Source of the DNA: a virus
Virus record (IMG/VR): IMGVR_UViG_3300023245_000006
Location: 1-64,000 of that record
Strand: one strand, 5' to 3'
Length of the DNA: 64,000 nucleotides
Part shown: piece by piece, positions 39,424 through 49,215 of the stretch
Numbering within the stretch: position 1 is the first letter of the stretch
Layout of the letters: every line of letters starts with the position of its first letter
Notes under the pieces: generated by a model
What the model saw: only the letters and a program-made list of their open reading frames with translations
What the model was told of the DNA's origin: nothing
The model's database searches: none
Position numbers and translations under genes: made by a program

Positions 39424-42069
39424 TTACCTGAAAAAGAAGTCCCTAAATCGCCCAAATGATTCATTTCGGGTCTTTGTAGCAACCTTTTCGATAGTTTCTT
39501 TTTGTGTATCGGTCAGTTGATCCATCAAAATTTTGGGTGGTACCATTGCCGGATCGTGAACATATGTCATGTGATATACTATACTATTAACAATTTCATT
39601 ATCTTTCAAAATTGGTTTAAAATATGCATCTGGGATGTCTTTGATGTTATCATTGATCAGCCCTTTGAGGAACCTAATAGCAGTCGGGATCGTAGAAAGG
39701 GCACTTTCTATCAATTCTTTTGGAACCTTTTCAATCATTTTTCCATGGTTCATGTCTTTATAGTTTTTGGGAGCATCTCGTTCTATAATTTTAAAGATCA
39801 TTTTGGTTGCCGTTTCGGGATGGAGTGCAATTACCTTGATCCATTTATCAGGAATTTCTTCGCCTTTATCGATGAATTTTCTGTATACAAATTTAGCCTG
39901 TGTTGAAGATGACCCTCCTTTTATGATCCCATCTACAATATATTCAGGGATCTTGGCACCCATTCTTTTAGATAAAATATGCACCACAAAGTCGTCCAGA
40001 ACCAAATCATCATCTAAAATTGGTTCTATCAAATATTTTGGATATGCATCGATTGGAATAAAATCGGCCATATTAGCACGTTTATAAACATCATAGGATG
40101 CTCGTGCTGATTTAGAAATAGTATCTAATAATTTCGGAGGAATATTATGCAGATCGACATCTCTGAGCATAAAGATCGCAACATCCCTAGACAGTGTATA
40201 ACTCTTGGCTAGTGCTTCAATAACCTCATTCGGTAGTGTTAAATCATCGGCCTTTTTTAATAATTCTTGCGATATGTTAAGTACATTGTATTCTAGTGCT
40301 CCACCTGCGGTTGCCAAAGCCGTGTCTCGAATCTTTTGAGGGATACGATAATAATCAACACTATTTCTAATGGCTCTTTGAATAAAGTTAGATGAGTTTG
40401 AAGTATCAGAAGAGATTCGATCAATTAAAGATTCATGAATTTTTTGATTGTTATTGATTAAAAATAGTGCTGTTTTAAATGCTGATACCTCATTTTCGAT
40501 TACGGCACCGATTAGTTCATCCGTAATTGGAATTTTTTTATCCATTAAAAATGTTATATAGTCGGCACTTGCATATGGACTTTGTAAAATTTGATTGTGA
40601 ATAGCTTCAGGAACCTTTAGGTTATTTGATAGTAACTTTTCGGCAATATTAACCGAAAATGATGGGCTATAAAGAGCCACTCTCTGATATAGTCTTTCAT
40701 CTATTGGTTGTTTCTTATCAAGTAGTACACTTAGAATATCATAAATGGTTTCTGGTGATCCGGTGGTTAATATTCTTTTATAGACTTCTTCAGGAACATC
40801 CGATAATGATCTTCCATTATCTATTAGTGTCACAACATACATTCCGGCCTTGGTAGAATTTGATAATAGTGTATCAATGAAATTTTGCGGAACTTCTTTT
40901 ATCTGTCCTAAGATTTTCAATTCGTCTGGGGTGAAATCAAATTCATCATCGTCGTCCCATGCACCCAATTCTCGTTCTACGTTTTGTTTCTTCTTGTCCC
41001 AATATCTCTTCTTTGGTGCCGGATATTGATCTAAGGTTTCATAATCGAGATTAATGTCTTCGTCTTCTGAGTTTTCAACGGCTACTTCGAGAACAGGCTT
41101 AACCAGATCTCTTTGCCTGATATTTTCCCAATCTTCTTTAGTTAGGTTATGAAACGAAGTATACATTAAGATGTCTTCCAAAGTTTTAAAATGTTCGACT
41201 CCATTTTCCTCATAGAACTTTTCATAATATTCTTGTTCTTTTCCGGTGATCGGAACCGATTTAAAGATTCCTTGATCAAATGCACGTTTAAGATCTGGAT
41301 ACTTTTTGATGATCTGTTTGGGGGTGGAACTATAATCATGATTCTCTTTGACGTTGTTGTATTGATAACCACCATCTTCGACTGCATCGACCAAGATATA
41401 TCTATTTTCTTTCTTTAGCCATATAAAGTATGTGGTTAGTTTCTTCTCCCATCTATAAGAATGGTAGTAGTGACTAGCCGATGAACCGGAAATACAAAGA
41501 TTAGTTCCTTTACCGTATTTCTTACAGCTAGAAACAGATTTTCTAGGATCATCGGAATTGTTAGATAAGAACACGGTAATGTTTTCATCATCATATACTT
41601 TATTAGGATCTGCATCGGTTCCTAAGACGTGCAATTCTTGATTTGCACGTCCTTCTGACATTTTGGAATGAATCTGTTCGGTCCATTTAAGAAAATCTGG
41701 TGCCTTATGGATGGTTTTTTGGTTGAAAAGTGATGCTTGCTCGGTGTAATCCTTATATTCTTTACTTAATAAGTTGATATTGGCCCCTGCTACTAAGAAA
41801 TTGGTAAGAGGAACAATGTCTGAAAGGTTTTTATCCTTTGGGTTGTATTTGGTAATGATCTCGGCTAATGATTCGACGGTTCCGTTCCATTTTGTCTTGG
41901 CACTGTCAAAGGCATCTTTGTTCTCTGGGTTGTTCTTGGCCTTAAAAACTTGGTATCCGATTTCTTTTTTAACCAAAATGTTTAGTGCCTGCGCCTTACT
42001 AGATTCTGCATCTTCTTCCAAAATTGATAGGTAGAGGCTTTCTAACAGAATTGTGTCGTTATCGCGCAT
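39424..42069 (-). CDS. Large late protein with MRDNDTILLESLY tag and degenerate helical repeats; paralogous in part to 12322-13770
   Basis: Shared KVY(E/D)D...(F/L)C(V/I)S...YR...TxYF domain; TATAAGTA at 42077-42084 (minus); C-terminal ESFGRFRDFF. Confidence 0.75.
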   Translation of the reverse strand: MRDNDTILLESLYLSILEEDAESSKAQALNILVKKEIGYQVFKAKNNPENKDAFDSAKTKWNGTVESLAEIITKYNPKDKNLSDIVPLTNFLVAGANINLLSKEYKDYTEQASLFNQKTIHKAPDFLKWTEQIHSKMSEGRANQELHVLGTDADPNKVYDDENITVFLSNNSDDPRKSVSSCKKYGKGTNLCISGSSASHYYHSYRWEKKLTTYFIWLKKENRYILVDAVEDGGYQYNNVKENHDYSSTPKQIIKKYPDLKRAFDQGIFKSVPITGKEQEYYEKFYEENGVEHFKTLEDILMYTSFHNLTKEDWENIRQRDLVKPVLEVAVENSEDEDINLDYETLDQYPAPKKRYWDKKKQNVERELGAWDDDDEFDFTPDELKILGQIKEVPQNFIDTLLSNSTKAGMYVVTLIDNGRSLSDVPEEVYKRILTTGSPETIYDILSVLLDKKQPIDERLYQRVALYSPSFSVNIAEKLLSNNLKVPEAIHNQILQSPYASADYITFLMDKKIPITDELIGAVIENEVSAFKTALFLINNNQKIHESLIDRISSDTSNSSNFIQRAIRNSVDYYRIPQKIRDTALATAGGALEYNVLNISQELLKKADDLTLPNEVIEALAKSYTLSRDVAIFMLRDVDLHNIPPKLLDTISKSARASYDVYKRANMADFIPIDAYPKYLIEPILDDDLVLDDFVVHILSKRMGAKIPEYIVDGIIKGGSSSTQAKFVYRKFIDKGEEIPDKWIKVIALHPETATKMIFKIIERDAPKNYKDMNHGKMIEKVPKELIESALSTIPTAIRFLKGLINDNIKDIPDAYFKPILKDNEIVNSIVYHMTYVHDPAMVPPKILMDQLTDTQKETIEKVATKTRNESFGRFRDFFFR

Positions 42070-42163
42070 ATGGAATTACTTATAGCGGTTTAAATATATT
42101 CAGAGGATATGATCAAAGAAAATGGTCTTTTAGTGTCTAATTAGTATAAGTAGTTGATATATT

Positions 42164-42889
42164 ATGGGCGTAAAAATTTCTGAATTACCACTAAACACAA
42201 ATCCTACACTATCGAGTGCAGTCATTCCGATGGTTGATGGTGGGGTGACATATCGGGTTACTCTATATGATGTTGTTGTTCCGTCCCTTTCGGCTCTAGA
42301 TCTTAAAGAACCTATACAAACACCAGCCACCCAACTCGAAGCCGAAGCCGGGACGGAAGCGGCCTTGCGGTCGTGGAGTCCTTTGCGCGTCGGGGAGGCA
42401 GTGGCAGCACTCTCACAGGGCCCGGCCATAATTATCCGGGCGGGATTTTCGGGGGAGTCCTCAACTCAACAGGCGCTTTCGCAAGGCAGCTGGGGTAAAA
42501 TCATATTTAATGCATCCGTGAGCGGAGGAAGCTATATAGATCTAGCTGGGGGAATAATCACCCCACCAGCGGGGTTTGGGCTGATCAGCACTTACTGCGC
42601 GATTAAGCCCGTGACCACAAAGGAATTCATGATAGCGACGGGGGTGTGGGTTAATGGAAGCGAATCGCACACCGAATCTATTCGAGCGTCTGACTTAGTG
42701 GTTCCGGACCCTGCAAACTTCGATGGAACAATTCCGTCAAGCTCAGGGATCGCGGTAGAATCGACAGCTTACTTCACATCAGACGGCACAAAGACATTTG
42801 AACTCCGAGCGTGGGTGGGAGTAGCGTCTCACATGATGTCGTATTTCAAATCAGGCACGCGAATGGTGCTCCTATGGTTCCCTTCTTAA
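42164..42889 (+). CDS. Tail-fibre/structural-like protein (GC-rich 3' part)
   Basis: VKISELP...VIPMVDGGVT N-terminus, ATQLEAEAGT...WSPLRV repeat-like motif; late promoter TATAAGTA at 42145-42152. Confidence 0.6.
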   Translation: MGVKISELPLNTNPTLSSAVIPMVDGGVTYRVTLYDVVVPSLSALDLKEPIQTPATQLEAEAGTEAALRSWSPLRVGEAVAALSQGPAIIIRAGFSGESSTQQALSQGSWGKIIFNASVSGGSYIDLAGGIITPPAGFGLISTYCAIKPVTTKEFMIATGVWVNGSESHTESIRASDLVVPDPANFDGTIPSSSGIAVESTAYFTSDGTKTFELRAWVGVASHMMSYFKSGTRMVLLWFPS

Positions 42890-42908
42890 CCAAAAACAAA
42901 ACAAAATT

Positions 42909-43286
42909 ATGATAGGTAAAACACTTCTACATTTATTCCCGGACATTGACTTGATGGGAGACGTTACAATCGGGTCGGATCATGGCGTGGAGTCGATTAT
43001 GGAATGGCGATATTCGGAGCCACAACCGACGCAGGCGACGATTGAGGAGATATGGGAGGAGATTAAAGATATTGAGCCTACCCCTCCGATCCAAGTTCGA
43101 CTCCGCGCAATCCTTGCACTCCAACCCGCTGCCGTTCGTGCGGCGTTCCTGCCCATCACCGCAGGAGTAAACTATGCCTTAGAGCAAGGGGACACCGAAG
43201 CCGCTCTGGCTGCCATCACCGCTACGGAGGTCCCGGCTAAACTGGAACCAGCCAAGGCGGCTTTGATTGCTGAGTTCGAAATTTAA
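42909..43286 (+). CDS. XkdW-like tail-fibre-associated protein
   Basis: LLHLFP...D...IxEW...PQPT pattern, directly after the fibre gene. Confidence 0.55.
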   Translation: MIGKTLLHLFPDIDLMGDVTIGSDHGVESIMEWRYSEPQPTQATIEEIWEEIKDIEPTPPIQVRLRAILALQPAAVRAAFLPITAGVNYALEQGDTEAALAAITATEVPAKLEPAKAALIAEFEI

Positions 43287-43290
43287 TGTC

Positions 43291-43596
43291 ATGCCGCCTA
43301 TCCCCGATCCCACCGACCTTCCTGGTCTCTTTGAAACCGCGAATTTTATGGCCCAACAGACCGACCGCTGGATGTTCGTCGCCATGCTGGTAATTTTCCT
43401 GATTTGCGGCGCGTGGATGACTCGCTATTTTACTGCGCAAATCCACCAAGCGCGACTGGAATTTGCGGTGCTGAGTAAAGAATTCACGGAGCATCTCATC
43501 ACCACGAATCGGGAGCTTGCTATACTGCTGGCAGGAACAACTAAAGCACTTGCGGACAACACGCGGGCTCTCGAACACGTCAAAGAAAAATTATGA
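43291..43596 (+). CDS. Membrane protein, holin-like
   Basis: One TM helix plus a coiled-coil C-terminus (NTRALEHV). Confidence 0.5.
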   Translation: MPPIPDPTDLPGLFETANFMAQQTDRWMFVAMLVIFLICGAWMTRYFTAQIHQARLEFAVLSKEFTEHLITTNRELAILLAGTTKALADNTRALEHVKEKL

Positions 43597-44156
43597 AGAA
43601 CACATTCCTCCGACTCTGGGCCTGGATTACTGGCTCATCCGTTGCATTATTTAATTTCCTCGCGCCGATCCTAGCATCGTCTGCGGCAACCCTCTTGGAG
43701 CAACTCGCGCCGGAATCTCCACCGGATACACCATTTCCCAAGTCGATCTTTCCAGCTTTACTAACTACGCATAATCTAATGAAAAACCTGTGCATACTAT
43801 TTGCATGTCTACTTTTTTTAGTATCATGTGTTACCAATCCTCCGGTTCCTGCTGCGCCTTGGGTTGGAGTTTATCGTAATGCATGTGTTCCAGAGGCTAT
43901 CTCAATGGCCCAAGGATTGCGTGGGTCTGGTGTTCAGTCCAGAGTCTTGATGTTCTCCACTCCGACCTATTCACATGCTGCCACGGTCTATCTATATCCA
44001 TCAGGACAAAATCAATTGTGGGTTTGGGATTCTTATTGGAAATCTACAACGGTTAGAGCCTTTTGGTACGAACCAAAACAAATTGCCCAAGTTTGGTTAC
44101 AAAAGTGCGGAAGACGAGAACAGGTTTTAAAGGCTCACTTTCTTGAGACCGAATAA
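43593..44156 (+). CDS. Chimeric ORF: GC-rich truncated N-terminus fused to a lipoprotein (probable true start 43779) with Cys-His-Asp motifs
   Basis: MKNLCILFACLLFLVSC lipobox; NAC...HA...VWD; GC drop at ~43750. Confidence 0.55.
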   Translation: MKNTFLRLWAWITGSSVALFNFLAPILASSAATLLEQLAPESPPDTPFPKSIFPALLTTHNLMKNLCILFACLLFLVSCVTNPPVPAAPWVGVYRNACVPEAISMAQGLRGSGVQSRVLMFSTPTYSHAATVYLYPSGQNQLWVWDSYWKSTTVRAFWYEPKQIAQVWLQKCGRREQVLKAHFLETE

Positions 44157-44158
44157 TT

Positions 44159-44620
44159 CTAAGAAGTATATTTGACCCAATATACCGGGAAACCTACTTC
44201 TTTAAAAATGCCTTCTACCATAGGTCTAACAATGGAAAAATTTCCACCCGCCAAACAACACCCGATTTTCCAAGGAAACCCAAGGATGATATTAGAATCT
44301 CCATCGATTCTTTTGGTGCATAGATGGTTTTTTAAATGCACCAGTGCTATCTCTAATTTGTCTTCCATAAGTCTTTTACCAGACCCGAACGAATATTGCC
44401 CGTATAAGTTATATATGAATTTTCCAGAAGACTCGGCACAGGTGAATTGTCCTAATTTATTTATATCACCTTTCTTGGTATTCAGGTCTGCATCATATGC
44501 CTCTGGATATTGTTCTCTAATTTGTCGAGCAATTCCGGCTCCGAACGTATGAAAACAGTTTGCACAGTGAGCAATGTGATTACATTCGCTATTTAATAGA
44601 TCACCATCAATTATTTTCAT
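44159..44620 (-). CDS. Macrodomain protein (ADP-ribose processing)
   Basis: IIDGDLL, HCANCFHTFGAGIA, NLYGQ, IGCCLAGG. Confidence 0.88.
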   Translation of the reverse strand: MKIIDGDLLNSECNHIAHCANCFHTFGAGIARQIREQYPEAYDADLNTKKGDINKLGQFTCAESSGKFIYNLYGQYSFGSGKRLMEDKLEIALVHLKNHLCTKRIDGDSNIILGFPWKIGCCLAGGNFSIVRPMVEGIFKEVGFPVYWVKYTS

Positions 44621-44729
44621 CGGTTTTTTTATTATACCAAGACTTAATGGTTTCCCATTCAAACTAACCTCTTAAATCGTCTCAAATGAAAGATTAGGAC
44701 CATGCCTCCGAGGGTCGAGATAAGAGATT

Positions 44730-45227
44730 TTAATCATTGTCTTCTTTTTCATCGTTTAGTTTATCTAGATAATCCTTTACAGGATCAACCTTAGAATTCT
44801 TATTATTCCATGATTGGTAGAGGCAGTCAAGTCCTTTTTGTATAAGTTCATTAGCGGAACATGTATATTCTTCTGATGCTTTAACAAGTCCAATGAAAAG
44901 ATTGACGACAGATGCTGCTAATCCAGAATTTAACATATGGATATTTTTTAGAGATTCAATGTCATATACACCATTTTCCACCGTTGAAAGTGCTTCTAGA
45001 TTATTATATTGAAACACTGCCTTTTGTTTTTTGGCATCATCATCTATGGTTGTTAGTAGTGGAAAAATATATATAGGGATATTTCGTTTGGTTATTTCTT
45101 CTAACACTTCTTCAATATATGTCATCTCATTAATCTCTTCTTCGGTAAGGAACACCTGACGATATTTTCGATCCTCATCTATTTCAGATTGTTTACTATC
45201 ATAATCATCTTTTTTTTGTCTTTTCAT
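44730..45227 (-). CDS. Hypothetical protein
   Basis: Co-oriented ORF; probable start MKRQKK. Confidence 0.55.
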   Translation of the reverse strand: MKRQKKDDYDSKQSEIDEDRKYRQVFLTEEEINEMTYIEEVLEEITKRNIPIYIFPLLTTIDDDAKKQKAVFQYNNLEALSTVENGVYDIESLKNIHMLNSGLAASVVNLFIGLVKASEEYTCSANELIQKGLDCLYQSWNNKNSKVDPVKDYLDKLNDEKEDND

Positions 45228-45228
45228 A

Positions 45229-46236
45229 TTATTTATTAAGTTTATACCAGTCAACAAATCGGGCTTCGACCTGTTCTTTGGTATGGGTTAAAATGTAATC
45301 GGAATCCAATGGACCATTATGATCTTTAAATGCGCGGATGATGTTTCCTAGGTCCTTTCCTTCGGCTCCGGTTACTTCCATAACCAAACTACCAGAAAAT
45401 TTAGATGCCATATCTTTTTTTACCAAATGATCTCCCAACATCTTTTTCCATTTATCTAATATGTCCACAGAAAAGTGTTTTGAAATTTCTTTGATGTAAA
45501 CGGTCTTATCAGGATCACCGATAAAGGTATTTTTCATATCTTTAATATATTCTAACCAACGATTATAATCACCCCGTTTCGCATTCCTATTTTTATTGAT
45601 ACTGTTCAAATTTTCAAAGGCAAAGATATCCTTGCTAAAGAATCGAGAACCTGTAAGAAATTGGAAGATATCTCGTTCTTCATAGAAATTACCATAACCG
45701 ACATCAGATTCAAAGAATTCAACGACACTCTCCAAATTGGTGCTAATGGGGATACAACCCAATTGTTCACTATCGGATAGTTTAACAGGGTATGTAAGTC
45801 CATCAATACCCCATTTCAAACCAGCCTGTTTGAGCATATACCCCATACAGTTACCGATAGGAGAATATGAACAAAAACTTAGGTATGCATGATAAGGTTT
45901 TGTATCTTCAAAGACCGCAAGATCTATCTGATATTTTTCCAAAAAGTCAAATGAATATACGTTCGAATTTTTTCGGACGTATCGAGCCTTATAGGTTTCT
46001 TTGATCTTACGACTCATGTTCTCAAAATTATTGGCATCTCGGTCCATGGTGACACAATCAACATCACCATGATCTTTCTTAAATTCATAAGAAGGGATGA
46101 TCTTGACACCACGGAAACGATCTTTAGTTGCAAATGGAAGTCCTTGACGGAGTTGGTTGCACACGAATTCATATTCTTGTGCAGACATCCTCTGTCCTTC
46201 AAATCCAAATTTTTCTTTTAGTGCCGTGTTTCCCAT
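45229..46236 (-). CDS. Putative nucleotidyltransferase
   Basis: DHGDVD (hG-x-DxD), YQIDL, C-terminal GKDLG; probable start MGNTALK. Confidence 0.65.
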   Translation of the reverse strand: MGNTALKEKFGFEGQRMSAQEYEFVCNQLRQGLPFATKDRFRGVKIIPSYEFKKDHGDVDCVTMDRDANNFENMSRKIKETYKARYVRKNSNVYSFDFLEKYQIDLAVFEDTKPYHAYLSFCSYSPIGNCMGYMLKQAGLKWGIDGLTYPVKLSDSEQLGCIPISTNLESVVEFFESDVGYGNFYEERDIFQFLTGSRFFSKDIFAFENLNSINKNRNAKRGDYNRWLEYIKDMKNTFIGDPDKTVYIKEISKHFSVDILDKWKKMLGDHLVKKDMASKFSGSLVMEVTGAEGKDLGNIIRAFKDHNGPLDSDYILTHTKEQVEARFVDWYKLNK

Positions 46237-46240
46237 AATT

Positions 46241-46762
46241 TTATTCTGTTCCGTGTAGTTGTTCTGGTTCCATCTTATATCGTTTTTCTTGACCTGAATG
46301 TTTTTCACACAGAGCCTTCACCCAATTCGAACTTTTATCGAGTTTACCATAGTCTCCACATACCTCACAAGTTTGAGATGACAGGTATTCGATATGTGAT
46401 TCTAATACTCTCCAAATTTCTCGATAGATTCCGGTTAGGTTGTGATCACCTTGATTGGTTAGAGTCCCGAATTTCTCTTTCATGATGCACGAAGTGATCC
46501 GTGCATCTGGTTGGATACCACTCTTAACAAGTAGATCAACCAAAGTGCAGGCTCGTTCGGCTAATTTATCAGCAAGTCCTAACCATCCGATCCCAAATTC
46601 CATTGAATATCGAAGGTTGCAAGATTCTTCCTCTTTGATATGACCTAGTTTTATATATTGATCTGTGTAGCTACCATCCATCGGAACGATGAAAAATTGA
46701 GGCCATTTGTTTACGATAACCAGTTCTTCTGGTTTAAGATTTTTGATTGTAAATTCTTTCAT
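46241..46762 (-). CDS. Hypothetical phage protein
   Basis: GIGW, KEKFGTL, S.QTCEVCG...W...LC..H motifs. Confidence 0.7.
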   Translation of the reverse strand: MKEFTIKNLKPEELVIVNKWPQFFIVPMDGSYTDQYIKLGHIKEEESCNLRYSMEFGIGWLGLADKLAERACTLVDLLVKSGIQPDARITSCIMKEKFGTLTNQGDHNLTGIYREIWRVLESHIEYLSSQTCEVCGDYGKLDKSSNWVKALCEKHSGQEKRYKMEPEQLHGTE

Positions 46763-46803
46763 GGTTTTAATATATCAGAATTTTCAAATAAGGTCAATCA
46801 ATT

Positions 46804-47598
46804 TTATCGGTTGAATTTTCTTTCTAGTTCCATCCTTTTCAAACATTGCAGTGCCGTTTCATTAGGAAGTAGTTTATATCCACAACCAATGGTTCCACCT
46901 TTCCAACTTCCTGTTCCTTCGCCAACTTCTTGATCGAAATCTACCCGAATTGTGGTTGATCGATTTTTAATAAAAGGCAAACCTCTCCAGTGCCATGTCA
47001 TTCTATCTAGATGATATGTGGCAATTACATTTTGTATTTGACCGTTCTTTAGCGTATAAGTGTATGGTTCTTGTTTAGAATGTCGTTCTTCGGCTTTTGT
47101 TAAAGCGTCATGATCTGTACCATTTTTTCTGGAGTCTTTAAATAGTGATTCAAAACTTATAGTATCTAGAACCTCTGTTGATTCCCAATCAAGAGACCAT
47201 GGAAGACGAATAGTTTTCCTATATTCACCCCATCCGAAGACAATGGAACAATAATCATAAAATCCTAGATTATATTTTCTATATCGTTCATCATCAAAGA
47301 ATTCAATTTCTCCGTGATTTAGATGGATATATAGATCCATAAAGGGCAGATGGAAACCCAACATCTTTCCTCCCGAAACATTGTCGGTGGATAATCCACA
47401 ACCCAACCAAGAACCACGTAAATTGAATTTATGAAAATTCAGTTCTCCCCAAGTGTATCGAGTGTCGTATTTGTGGCCGATTAGTTTTTTAAGTTTTTGG
47501 ATCATTGTATGTTTGTAGGTTAAATTTTGAAAATAGTTCATAGTCTTCTTGGGCGATCTCACTGACTCGTCTAACAATGTTTTCCATCTTACACTCAT
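46804..47598 (-). CDS. Hypothetical protein (start probably at 47505)
   Basis: EVGEGTGSWKGGTIG conserved phage motif. Confidence 0.65.
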   Translation of the reverse strand: MSVRWKTLLDESVRSPKKTMNYFQNLTYKHTMIQKLKKLIGHKYDTRYTWGELNFHKFNLRGSWLGCGLSTDNVSGGKMLGFHLPFMDLYIHLNHGEIEFFDDERYRKYNLGFYDYCSIVFGWGEYRKTIRLPWSLDWESTEVLDTISFESLFKDSRKNGTDHDALTKAEERHSKQEPYTYTLKNGQIQNVIATYHLDRMTWHWRGLPFIKNRSTTIRVDFDQEVGEGTGSWKGGTIGCGYKLLPNETALQCLKRMELERKFNR

Positions 47599-47751
47599 AT
47601 AGACCAGCCGAAGAAAAGGAAGTGAGTTCCATTACCCAATAATTTTTATCAGAGTCTTCACAGATGTCAATACAAAAAACAGAATCAGGGTAGTAACCCA
47701 GATCGAGAAATTGTCTTTGATATCATTTCTGGGAAGATCTCGGTTATCGAT

Positions 47752-48555
47752 TTAGCACCCATTTTTTAATAGTCTTTGGTGAAGATCTTCAACCTTTTCT
47801 TCTAATGTTTTGCTCTCCCATATTAATTGATCTTTGATTTTTTGGTCCATTGCCTTCAAACCAGAACAAAAATTACAATTTCCATTGGTATGATAATAAA
47901 CCTTTTTACAGTATGGACAATATTTGTTGATTACGTGGGCCATATTATTTTTTAGTGTCTCGTAATTTTTTAAATCGTTTATCGATTATTTTGTTTTGTT
48001 CCTTTTCGGTAAATTCTCCATTACCTTGTCGGTGTGCATAACTCCACATATCGGCATTATGTACCAGATCTTTGATCTTTTCGTTTTTTCCGATAATACA
48101 ATATAAATTAATGTCATGTAGAAATCCCTCATACATTGCAATCTTTTCTTTTTGGGTTGGTCGTTTCATATTATTGAATTAGTGCCCAGACAACCCAAAT
48201 ACAAACGGTTATATTGAACGCAACATTCATAGATTCTGAATTATTTGGTGATAGTGATGCAATTGCACAGGATACCCACACTACATAGGTTAAAATTAAG
48301 AAAGGGTTATCCATTTGTTATATTATAAATTTCTCTTTCGGTTTGAAGCACGAAGGCAGAATCTATTCTGTGAGACATTCCATGAATAGGATCGATCCAT
48401 TGGAACCAACAATGATCCGGAGAAATCATGTCGATATTTTTCCATCCAGTGGATTCTAGATACTTCCCAATAGATACGAATGCATCATCTTTATGATCAA
48501 CTTTTTTAGAGGGTTTCGACTTTTTGAGCAAATTCTGTGTGAATGTGTTATACAT
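47752..48555 (-). other. Small hypothetical ORFs (47752-47943, 47945-48169, 48307-48555)
   Basis: Co-oriented, tightly spaced ORFs. Confidence 0.5.
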
Positions 48556-48762
48556 ATTATTTTATAATTTTGTTGCAAACACCCAAACTACAAAAATGAA
48601 GAAGGTCATACTTGTTGCAAGTCCCATAGTATCTACGTTTTTGGTAAATGCTGTGGCGAATCCACAAGACAACCAGATCACACATGCTAGAATTAGATAA
48701 GGATTATTCATAAGGTGCATTATATATAATAACGTAGATATGTCAAGAATTATGAAAATTTA

Positions 48763-49215
48763 TTAAGAAAGTAATTTTATTAGATTTGTTGTATAATCCA
48801 TAAACCCATTTCGTTCCATAGAACCATCTGGAAAAATTATATATATTTTTTTATTTTTCTTTTTAGAGTATCGGATGGTTGCCCATGTTCCTGATCTAAC
48901 TTGTTCGATTTTACTACTAGGACATGCTATCATGATATTCGATGCGTCCACAATATCATGATTCCTTGCAAGATATTCTTTAGATTCGAGAACAACTCCA
49001 TCCTCACAAAACGATCTTTTAATCTCGTTGATCGGTGGATGGATAATAATCTTACCGGACGAGACTTCTTTATAAATATTATGAGCATCCGTATCTGCTC
49101 CGATACAGTCTCCATGATGAAATTCAACAGAGACTATATCAGAAAAGATACTTAGAACAACGTGCTTTTGCTCGTTACTCATACCAACTTGATTACCAGT
49201 AAATCCAAATTTCAT
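48763..49215 (-). CDS. SLOG/DprA-like nucleotide-binding protein
   Basis: GFTG, HHGDCIGAD, RNHDIVD, SGTWATIRY. Confidence 0.75.
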   Translation of the reverse strand: MKFGFTGNQVGMSNEQKHVVLSIFSDIVSVEFHHGDCIGADTDAHNIYKEVSSGKIIIHPPINEIKRSFCEDGVVLESKEYLARNHDIVDASNIMIACPSSKIEQVRSGTWATIRYSKKKNKKIYIIFPDGSMERNGFMDYTTNLIKLLS

